Positions 28,133-35,279 of a DNA stretch of 64,000 bases are shown here, piece after piece. Source of the stretch: Clostridia bacterium. GTDB taxonomy: Bacteria; Bacillota; Clostridia; Christensenellales; CAG-138. A program made the position numbers and the translations under genes. Position 1 is the stretch's first letter. Each line of letters starts with the position of its first letter. The stretch spans positions 28,703 to 92,702 of the forward strand of contig JAFQCL010000029.1 in assembly GCA_017416425.1 (NCBI GenBank), given 5' to 3'. The notes beneath the pieces are model-generated. The model saw nothing but the letters and a program-made list of their open reading frames with translations, searched no databases and was not told where the DNA came from.

Positions 28133-28164
28133 AGCACCGTCCAATGCGGCGGTGTTTGTTTTTT
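28133..28164 (+). terminator. Intrinsic terminator, about 135 nt downstream of the Ntn-hydrolase gene
   Basis: Stem GCACCGTC / GCGGCGGTGT (core CACCG/CGGTG plus wobble pairs), followed by TTTGTTTTTT. Confidence 0.55.
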
Positions 28165-28189
28165 ATACACAATCTGTTCATAATTTTAT

Positions 28190-28233
28190 TTGAAAAGGTA
28201 CTTTACAAATAATATTATACAGCGTATAATATT
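28190..28233 (+). promoter_or_regulatory. padR promoter with overlapping perfect 10-3-10 inverted repeat (candidate PadR operator)
   Basis: TTGAAA (28190-95), 17 nt spacer, TATTAT (28213-18). Inverted repeat AATATTATAC-agc-GTATAATATT spans 28211-28233. Confidence 0.5.
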
Positions 28234-28274
28234 ACACAAAAGAAAACATAGATAAAAGTTTTGCGAAAGGAGAC

Positions 28275-28625
28275 ATGTTTGATGTGTTTCAGATAAGTTC
28301 ATCGATTCTGGAGGCATGTGTAATTGCCGTACTTCATAAAGGCGATGCCTACGGCTATACGCTTACCCAGAATGTTCGTCAAAGGATAGGCATATCCGAA
28401 TCTACGCTATATCCGGTGCTGAGGCGCCTTGAAAAGGAAGGGCATCTTATAACTTATGAAGAAAAACAGTCCGGCAGGTTAAGACGCTACTATAGGCTTA
28501 CTGAGTCAGGTATGCTGGAGTATGAGAAGAATAAGCAAAAGTGGGCGGAGTATTGCCAAAGAATAGAATCAATATTGTACGATAACAACCAGGACCAGAA
28601 GGAGGAAAAAAATGAGACGTTATGA
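28275..28625 (+). CDS. PadR-family transcriptional regulator
   Basis: 116 aa winged-helix protein: GDAYGYTLTQNV...ESTLYPVLRRLEKEGHL...RRYYRLTESG. Confidence 0.85.
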   Translation: MFDVFQISSSILEACVIAVLHKGDAYGYTLTQNVRQRIGISESTLYPVLRRLEKEGHLITYEEKQSGRLRRYYRLTESGMLEYEKNKQKWAEYCQRIESILYDNNQDQKEEKNETL

Positions 28626-29613
28626 ATATCTTTACAGGCTCGAACAGGAGCTGATGGGCATGCCTGAGGCAGAGCGCAGGGCGGCAATGCGTTTTTATGA
28701 GGATTACTTCGCGGATGCGGGCGATGAGAATGAGCAGCAGGTCATAGAGGAGCTTGGTACTCCTAAGGAACTTGCGAAAAAGCTTCTATCAGAGCTTTTA
28801 GGAACTGAAGCCAAAGCCGCACAGGATGGCAATGTATTTCGTGAGCCAAACGGTGAATATGTGCTCAGTGGCAGCGTAAAAATCACGGATATAGGCGATA
28901 TAAGGGAGCTTTTTGTAGAGCTTATAAATGCGGGATTAAGAATTAGCCGTACAAGCGAGCCGCTTCCCTCCTTTGAATGGGAGACTAATAATGAAAACGC
29001 GGAGCTTCGATATAGATTAGAGAACGGAAAGCTTAGGATAACAGAAAAGGTAAAAAATCAGCATATTTGGAGTTGGAATTTTTCCTTCGGGAGCCATAAC
29101 GACAACAGGAACATCATCACCATATATCTGCCTAATAAATGCTATGACGAGATATCGCTCAAATCGGTAAATGGGCGCATGGAGGCTGACTTTATTAAGG
29201 CGGATACGATAAGGCTTGACACCGTAAACGGTAAACTCTGCTCTTGCGATATTTCCTCAAGACGGTGTAAGTGTTCAAGCGTGAACGGCAAGATGGAGAT
29301 AAGCGGTATAAACGTATCCGAAAGCTTTGACGCAAGCACCGTGAATGGTAAAATGGAAATAAGCGGCGATTTTGCTTGCGATGTGCGTTTATCATCGGTA
29401 AATGGCGCGGTGGTGTTTAATACGGCGCAGCATGTGGATAAATATAAAATAAAGGCTTCATCTGTATCCGGAAGCATAAGGCTTAATGGTACACGCATAG
29501 GCAAGCGGTCATATGGAATAGGGGGTAATGCTGTGATTTTGAATGATAACGCCTCATATAACCTTTCGGCATCGACCGTATCCGGGGGAGTGCAGATAGA
29601 AACAAGAAAGTAA
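28612..29613 (+). CDS. DUF1700-like N-terminal domain fused to a DUF4097-like repeat (putative beta-helical) domain
   Basis: N-terminus YLYRLEQELMGMPEAERRAAMRFYEDYFADAG...GTPKELAKKLL. C-terminal half has iterated S[VT][NS]G units (SVNGRMEAD, TVNGKL, SVNGKMEISG, TVNGKMEISG, SVNGAVVF, SVSGSIRL, TVSGGVQIE). Overlaps padR by 14 nt. No TM helix is evident. Confidence 0.55.
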   Translation: MRRYEYLYRLEQELMGMPEAERRAAMRFYEDYFADAGDENEQQVIEELGTPKELAKKLLSELLGTEAKAAQDGNVFREPNGEYVLSGSVKITDIGDIRELFVELINAGLRISRTSEPLPSFEWETNNENAELRYRLENGKLRITEKVKNQHIWSWNFSFGSHNDNRNIITIYLPNKCYDEISLKSVNGRMEADFIKADTIRLDTVNGKLCSCDISSRRCKCSSVNGKMEISGINVSESFDASTVNGKMEISGDFACDVRLSSVNGAVVFNTAQHVDKYKIKASSVSGSIRLNGTRIGKRSYGIGGNAVILNDNASYNLSASTVSGGVQIETRK

Positions 29614-29618
29614 ACGGA

Positions 29619-29655
29619 TAAAAAACATGCGGCATATCTTAGCCGCATGTTTTTA
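29619..29655. terminator. Bidirectional intrinsic terminator
   Basis: 9-bp stem ACATGCGGC / GCCGCATGT, with A-run and T-run flanks, between convergent genes. Confidence 0.7.
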
Positions 29656-29665
29656 CTACCGCGTT

Positions 29666-30526
29666 TTAAAGCAGCTCGATATCAAGGTTTTGAAGGATTC
29701 CCTCAAGCTCATCCCGGCTTGAATAGGAAAGCGTGATAACGCCCTTTGAATCGGTGCCTTTTATGGTGGTCTTTGTGCCGATGCGCTCCCTTATAAGCGC
29801 CTCGAACTGCTTAAGCTGTGGCGTTAAGCCCGGCTTTTTTTTCGGGGGCGCTTTCGGCGTATCCTGCTTTATGGCCGCTGCCTTTTGCTCTATTTCTCTT
29901 GCCGAAAGTCCTTGCTGCTTTATGATCTCGCTGAGCTGTATTGCCTGCTTTTCGGGCATTCCTATGAGCGGCCTTACCTGCCCGGATGTCAGGGCCCCCG
30001 CTCTTATGTCGTCCTGTATCTGCTTTGGCAGCGAAAGCAGACGAAGAGCGTTTGTTATGGCGGAGCGGCTCTTTCCCATGCGTTTTGAAAGTTCGTCGTG
30101 GGTCATGTCGTGCTGCTCTATAAGGGCGTTTAATGCTTCCGCTATTTCGATCGCGTTTAAACCCTCGCGCTGTATGTTTTCAATTAGCGAAAGTTCGCGC
30201 ATTTGCTGCTCGGAGAGCGTGCGCACTATACATGGTATTGTCTGAAGTCCCGCAAGCCTTGCCGCGCGATATCTGCGCTCGCCCGCGACTACCATGAAGC
30301 GGTCTTCAGCAAGCCGTCTTACTATTATAGGCTGTACTATGCCGTGATGCTTTATGGATTCCGCAAGCTCGAGCAGCTTTTCTTCGCTGAAATATTTTCG
30401 AGGCTGGTCGGCATTTACGTCTATATCGAGTATGTTTATTTCGGATACGCCTTCACTCGGAGCTGCGGTATATTCTCCAAGCAGTGCATTAAGCCCCTTA
30501 CCGAGCCCCTTTTTAATTGTTGCCAT
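29666..30526 (-). CDS. spo0J: Chromosome partitioning protein ParB/Spo0J
   Basis: ParB box (IVQPIIVR...VVAGERRYRAA), an HTH, and a C-terminal dimerisation region. Follows soj. Confidence 0.85.
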   Translation of the reverse strand: MATIKKGLGKGLNALLGEYTAAPSEGVSEINILDIDVNADQPRKYFSEEKLLELAESIKHHGIVQPIIVRRLAEDRFMVVAGERRYRAARLAGLQTIPCIVRTLSEQQMRELSLIENIQREGLNAIEIAEALNALIEQHDMTHDELSKRMGKSRSAITNALRLLSLPKQIQDDIRAGALTSGQVRPLIGMPEKQAIQLSEIIKQQGLSAREIEQKAAAIKQDTPKAPPKKKPGLTPQLKQFEALIRERIGTKTTIKGTDSKGVITLSYSSRDELEGILQNLDIELL

Positions 30527-31307
30527 TTATCGTCTCCTTTGCTATCAGCTCCTTTGCAAGCGAGGTGTATGCTCGGGCGCCGGTACATTTTGGATCATAA
30601 AGCGTTATAGGAAGGCCAAAGCTTGGAGCCTCGCTAAGCCTTACAGATCTTGGTATTATAGTATCATAGACCTTGTTTTTAAAGAATTTTTTCACCTCGG
30701 AAACGACCTGAGAGCTCAGGTTGGTTCGTGCATCGAACATGGTGAGAACAACGCCCTCAACGTCCATATCGGGATTCAGATGCGTTTTAACAAGCTTCAC
30801 GGTGTTCATAAGCTGGGAAAGCCCCTCAAGAGCATAGTATTCGCACTGTATGGGTACGATGAGCGTATCGGCCGCCGTAAGCGCGTTAAGCGTCAAAAGC
30901 CCCAGCGAGGGCGGGCAGTCGATTATTATGTAGTCATAGTTTTTTTTAATTCCGCGCAAGGCTCTGTTTAAAACATGTTCCCTTGCTATTGCGCTGACAA
31001 GCTCTATTTCGGCGCCCGCAAGCTCTATGTTGGCAGGTATTATATCAAGACCCGAAACTGCCGTTTGCAGTATAGCCTCTTTTGCTGAGACTCCGTTTAT
31101 AAGAAGGTCATATATGCTAAAGTCAACGCGCTCCTTTTGGATACCAAGGCCGCTTGTCATATTTCCCTGCGGATCGATGTCTATGGCGAGTACACGCTTA
31201 CCCTCCTGAGCGGTACAGGCGGAGAGATTAAGAGCGGTCGTTGTCTTTCCGACCCCTCCTTTTTGATTTGCAATTGCTATTATCTTGGCCACAGAGCTAC
31301 CTCCCAC
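30513..31307 (-). CDS. soj: Chromosome partitioning ATPase ParA/Soj
   Basis: Deviant Walker A NQKGGVGKTT, with DCPPSLG and ParA-family motifs. Confidence 0.85.
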   Translation of the reverse strand: MGGSSVAKIIAIANQKGGVGKTTTALNLSACTAQEGKRVLAIDIDPQGNMTSGLGIQKERVDFSIYDLLINGVSAKEAILQTAVSGLDIIPANIELAGAEIELVSAIAREHVLNRALRGIKKNYDYIIIDCPPSLGLLTLNALTAADTLIVPIQCEYYALEGLSQLMNTVKLVKTHLNPDMDVEGVVLTMFDARTNLSSQVVSEVKKFFKNKVYDTIIPRSVRLSEAPSFGLPITLYDPKCTGARAYTSLAKELIAKETINGNN

Positions 31308-31389
31308 GCATTATTGTCCTATGTATAGTATAATTAAAGTTGCACTATATTACAAGATGCTAATTTGGGTGAATGTAGGGATCATTTTT

Positions 31390-31449
31390 GAACGGTTGAT
31401 TTTGCGCAATGAGAAGATTTTCTAACCAATTCGTGAGAACGGTTGATTT
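31390..31449 (+). repeat. Two direct 13-bp repeats GAACGGTTGATTT (31390-31402, 31437-31449)
   Basis: Exact 13-mers 47 bp apart, upstream of the HTH/methyltransferase unit. The second overlaps a -35-like TTGATT. Confidence 0.5.
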
Positions 31450-31471
31450 AAGGGTTTGATTATGCTATCAT
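31443..31471 (+). promoter_or_regulatory. Candidate promoter of the HTH-methyltransferase unit
   Basis: TTGATT (31443-48), 17 nt spacer, TATCAT (31466-71). Confidence 0.35.
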
Positions 31472-31523
31472 TTCAATAACCCATTTTTGTGTAAAGCATT
31501 TTATAGAAGACGGAGGCAAGACG

Positions 31524-31664
31524 GTGGCTGTTTGTTATAATAACCTGTGGAAGCTGCTTATTGACAGAAATATCAATAAAACCGATCTTAAAGAAGCGGC
31601 AGGGATCAGCTTTAATGTTATGGCACGCATGGGAAAAACGAATCTGTTTCATTTAAAAGTATAG
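31524..31664 (+). pseudogene. Frameshifted XRE-type HTH module (N-terminal 2/3) upstream of and continuing into the methyltransferase frame
   Basis: GTG 31524 has a GGAGG SD and reads VAVCYNNLWKLLIDRNINKTDLKEAAGISFNVMARMGK, then runs into a stop. The rest of the HTH (ESVSFKSIEKICVALNCNIGDIIEVV) continues in the methyltransferase frame. The shift maps to the A5 run at 31634-31638. Confidence 0.6.
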
Positions 31665-31711
31665 AGAAGATTTGTGTCGCACTTAACTGCAACATCGGAG
31701 ATATCATCGAA

Positions 31712-32752
31712 GTGGTTCAAGATGAACGATCTGTTGTTAAAAGTAAGCCTTTTACAACAATAGAGCTTTTTGCCGGAGCAGGTGGATTGGCTTGGGGCAT
31801 TGAAAAAGCTGGATTTAGTACGATCGGTCTTATTGAGCTTGATAAAGACGCGGCGGATACGCTTAAATGCAATCGACCCAATTGGAGAGTGATCAATGAC
31901 GATATTGCAAACATCTCTTGTCTTGATTTAAAAAAGTATTTTGGACTTGCCGAGGGTGAACTTAATCTGCTATCGGGTGGTGCGCCTTGCCAAAGCTTTT
32001 CCTATGCAGGCAGACGCTTAGGACTGGAAGATGCAAGAGGAACGCTGTTTTGTCACTATGCAAAATTTTTGAATCAACTCCAACCTAAGATGTTTTTATT
32101 TGAAAATGTAAAAGGTCTGCTCAGTCACGATAGAGGTCGCACATATAAGACTATTACAGATATTTTTGAACACACCGGATATACGATTCAGAAAAAAGTA
32201 TTGAATGCTTGGGATTATGGTGTCGCGCAAAAGAGGGAACGCCTGATCACAATCGGTATTAGAAATGACCTGGCTGATAAAGTCATATTTGATTTTCCGA
32301 TTCCTCATAAGTATAAACCCATTTTGAGAGATATTTTGCTTGACTGTCCTAAAAGTAAAGGCACGCCCTATTTTGAATATAAGCGAAAAATCTTTGAGAT
32401 GGTTCCTCCGGGTGGATATTGGAGAGATATTCCGGAGGATGTGGCAAAGGAATATATGAAAAGTTGCTGGCATATGGAAGGTGGTCGAACCGGCATTTTA
32501 AGAAGGTTAAGTCTTGATGAACCTTCGCTTGCCGTTTTGACATCTCCAAGCCAAAAACAAACAGATCGCTGCCATCCCTTGAAAGCTCGTCCATTTACTA
32601 TCAGGGAAAATGCTCGTTGCCAAAGCTTTCCTGATGACTGGCAGTTCTGCGGTAGTGTAGGACAACAATATAAGCAAGTAGGAAATGCAGTTCCTGTAAA
32701 TTTAGCTTATGACATTGCTATAAAAATTAAAGTAGCATTGGAGTGTTTATGA
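31712..32752 (+). CDS. DNA (cytosine-5)-methyltransferase
   Basis: Motif I FAGAGGL, motif IV GGAPCQSFS, motif VI ENVKGL, motif VIII QKRERL, motif IX RENARCQSFPD, motif X GNAVPVNLAY. The track's GTG start is used, but the frame is open upstream to 31616. Confidence 0.9.
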   Translation: MVQDERSVVKSKPFTTIELFAGAGGLAWGIEKAGFSTIGLIELDKDAADTLKCNRPNWRVINDDIANISCLDLKKYFGLAEGELNLLSGGAPCQSFSYAGRRLGLEDARGTLFCHYAKFLNQLQPKMFLFENVKGLLSHDRGRTYKTITDIFEHTGYTIQKKVLNAWDYGVAQKRERLITIGIRNDLADKVIFDFPIPHKYKPILRDILLDCPKSKGTPYFEYKRKIFEMVPPGGYWRDIPEDVAKEYMKSCWHMEGGRTGILRRLSLDEPSLAVLTSPSQKQTDRCHPLKARPFTIRENARCQSFPDDWQFCGSVGQQYKQVGNAVPVNLAYDIAIKIKVALECL

Positions 32753-32988
32753 TGTGGAACTTGTCTTTTATAAGTGAAGAGGAATTTACAAATCACGTTA
32801 AAGCTACGATCGAAAAATATGGCGAAAAGCTTGAATCTTTTGAGCTTAAACGTTTTAATAAAAAGATCATCGATCCGATAAAGCTGATTTTCGATAAGAC
32901 AGTCTATCGCTCATCTTGGGATGAAATCGTGAGTAACGAAATTTTCATTCCATACTTTATTTTTCACCCAAGCCTCACGGGCTATTGA
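32749..32988 (+). pseudogene. Truncated downstream partner gene (probable restriction endonuclease remnant)
   Basis: ATG 32749 overlaps the methyltransferase stop (ATGA) and has a GGAG SD. Only 79 codons long. The reading frame ends where the AT-rich islet meets core sequence. Confidence 0.4.
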
Positions 32989-33033
32989 GTATGGGGCAAG
33001 ACCATTCAAAATATATCCCTGCGAAAAACTTTG

Positions 33034-33065
33034 CAAAAAAGCCCGAATACAAGATGTACTCGGGC
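33034..33065 (-). terminator. Intrinsic terminator of sleB-ypeB
   Basis: Minus-strand stem GCCCGAGTAC / GTATTCGGGC (one mismatch), followed by TTTTTT. Confidence 0.6.
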
Positions 33066-33082
33066 AAAGTCAGGCCGTTTTG

Positions 33083-34408
33083 CTATACGGTAAGCGTGCC
33101 TTCTTCGGAATGTATTACAAGGTATATATTGACCTCATCGCCTGTCATGGCATCTATATAGACGATGTAGTCGTTGTCACCGGCGCTGCATTTAAATTCA
33201 TAGCATAAAGCTTCGGTCTGAGGCGTTATTGGGACTATAGCAAGTCCCTGATCGTCTATGGTCAGATTTCCCGACACCATAGCCTCTGCTTCCTCCATGG
33301 ATATAGCGGGCTCGTCAAAATCCCTTTCTGTATGACTGAACAGGTAGTTTCTCGCGTCTATACCTATTATGCTGTCGTCCGTTCGGTCTATCCATACCTT
33401 TACAAGGTCGTTATAAACTATTGCCCCGTCAAGCTCAAAGGCATAGTTTATTATGGCTGCTCCGTTTGTGTATTGTCCATAGGTAGGCACCATGTTTTCG
33501 TAGCCTATGGATGAAAGATACTCCTTTCCGATATCGTTAAGCCTTTGTATCTCATTATCATCGGGTATGCCGGAGATATCGCTCTTAGGGGAGGCCATCA
33601 TCCATATGACATGCCCACCTTGCCTGCTTATTGATACGTAGATGTTCCTGCCATCCTCTGTGGAGCCGGTAAAATCAAATGCCGGTATCGAACCATCGGA
33701 ATCAGTATCAAATTCGATGTTTGCTCCCTCCGGGATAAGCTCCTTCGCCTTTTCAAGCGCTGTGTCTTGATCCACTTCATCACCGGTAAGCCCTTTGGGC
33801 TCGGCTTTTTCAACACCCTCCGAAAAGGGTCCGTCATATATCAGCGTTGGGAATTGCTCGGTGCCCTCATTGTCGGCAAATTCTTCGCTTTGGGTGTAAT
33901 AGGCTTCATTATCCAGTATATCGCAGTAGATATCTCCGTTTGCTATGCGCGTTGTAAGTTCGTTTGATATTTCAACGCATTTTTGATGCAGGGAGCTTAG
34001 CTGTGAAGAATCGTCACTGGAAAACATCTGCCCCCCAAGTACCTTTTTTGTAAGCGTGCGGGCATAATCACCTACTCTTGTGATAAAGCTTGAAAGTTCA
34101 AGGGTATCCGCGTGCGATACTGGGAGCTGTGATATAAGGCTCGAGCATGCGCCGCTATAGCGCCATATATCATCTAGCAGCAGCACCATACGGCTTTGTG
34201 TGCCTGTAACCATGAGCTTATTGAGTGAAAGCTCCAAATTCCCGAGGTTTTCGGACAGCTCCATATACGTGCGTCTGTACATGGCATCCGTTGCCGAAGC
34301 ATAGGTATCAGCTCTTTTTGATTCCGAAACAGCCCATGAAGCAGTGCCGATGAGCGCGGCGGCGAGCAGAACCGGTATTACTATAGCAAGTGTTTTTTTA
34401 GCGTTCAT
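33083..34408 (-). CDS. ypeB: Germination protein YpeB
   Basis: 441 aa. N-terminal TM anchor and C-terminal PepSY-like repeats. Directly downstream of sleB, as in Bacillus and Clostridium. Confidence 0.8.
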   Translation of the reverse strand: MNAKKTLAIVIPVLLAAALIGTASWAVSESKRADTYASATDAMYRRTYMELSENLGNLELSLNKLMVTGTQSRMVLLLDDIWRYSGACSSLISQLPVSHADTLELSSFITRVGDYARTLTKKVLGGQMFSSDDSSQLSSLHQKCVEISNELTTRIANGDIYCDILDNEAYYTQSEEFADNEGTEQFPTLIYDGPFSEGVEKAEPKGLTGDEVDQDTALEKAKELIPEGANIEFDTDSDGSIPAFDFTGSTEDGRNIYVSISRQGGHVIWMMASPKSDISGIPDDNEIQRLNDIGKEYLSSIGYENMVPTYGQYTNGAAIINYAFELDGAIVYNDLVKVWIDRTDDSIIGIDARNYLFSHTERDFDEPAISMEEAEAMVSGNLTIDDQGLAIVPITPQTEALCYEFKCSAGDNDYIVYIDAMTGDEVNIYLVIHSEEGTLTV

Positions 34409-34449
34409 ATAGGTTTCCTTTCTACAGGGAGATCAATTAAAGACCCCAT

Positions 34450-35145
34450 CTATTTACAGAACACGTGCTGACCTATCCTAACGGATATTGGACGGCTCAG
34501 CATCCATTTGTTGGTCGTTTTAGCTGGGTTATAATAATAGAGGCAGCCTCCCGTGGGGTCCCAGCCGTTCATGGCGTCTCTTGCGGCATTTATAGCCGTT
34601 TGATCGGGCGAAAGGTTTATCTGACCATCTGCTACTACAGAAAAGGCTCCGCTTTGATAAATAACGCCAGCTATCGAATTGGGAAATTTAGAGCTTCGCA
34701 CTCTGTTTAATACGACTGCTGCGACCGCTACCTGACCCTTGTAGCTTTCACCGCGAGCTTCTCCATAGATAAGTCTTGCCAGAAGATTTAGATCATTTGA
34801 AGAATAGCCTCCTGAGCCGCTGGATGTGCTTGCGGAGCCAAGCGTCATACCAAGCGCAGCTGAAGTCGCAGGGCCGACTATACCGTCAACGGTCAACCCA
34901 TTTTTCCTCTGGAATGATTTTACAGCGGTGTAGGTTTGGTAGCCGTATATTCCGTCAACGCTGCCGGAATAGTATCCCCAGCGCTTGAGCTTTGTTTGAA
35001 GTGTGTAGACTTGATCCCCCCTTGAGCCATAGCGCAGTACTGTTGCGGCAAGCGCTGTACCCGTATGGGCAAGCAACAAGGCGGCGAGCAACATCAGGGT
35101 AAGCGCCATCTTTAGCTTTACGCCGGAAGGAGTATGTTTTTTCAT
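34450..35145 (-). CDS. sleB: Spore cortex-lytic enzyme SleB
   Basis: Signal peptide, PG_binding_1 repeat (GDQVYTLQTKLKRWGYYSGSVDGIYGYQTYTAVKSFQ) and a Hydrolase_2 domain (LLARLIYGEARGESYKGQVAVAAVVLNRV). Confidence 0.85.
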   Translation of the reverse strand: MKKHTPSGVKLKMALTLMLLAALLLAHTGTALAATVLRYGSRGDQVYTLQTKLKRWGYYSGSVDGIYGYQTYTAVKSFQRKNGLTVDGIVGPATSAALGMTLGSASTSSGSGGYSSNDLNLLARLIYGEARGESYKGQVAVAAVVLNRVRSSKFPNSIAGVIYQSGAFSVVADGQINLSPDQTAINAARDAMNGWDPTGGCLYYYNPAKTTNKWMLSRPISVRIGQHVFCK

Positions 35146-35217
35146 AGTTTACCTCCGATTTTATATAGCATTTATCTACAGTCTTACCGATTTTAGCCTA
35201 TTTATTCGCAACCGGGC

Positions 35218-35246
35218 TTGAAAGTCTCGCAATAGTGTAGTATCAT
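35218..35246 (+). promoter_or_regulatory. Candidate promoter of the glg operon
   Basis: TTGAAA (35218-23), 17 nt spacer, TATCAT (35241-46). Confidence 0.4.
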
Positions 35247-35279
35247 GGTAGTATAATATAGAAAGTAGGGCTTTGATCA

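Noticed and set aside
29666-31400. Searched by eye for a parS site (TGTTNCACGTGAAACA) in and around soj-spo0J, and for DnaA-box clusters
   Set aside because: No full match was seen. Only one isolated near-consensus DnaA box (TATCCACAA, near 41802) occurs in the window, which is not evidence for an origin.
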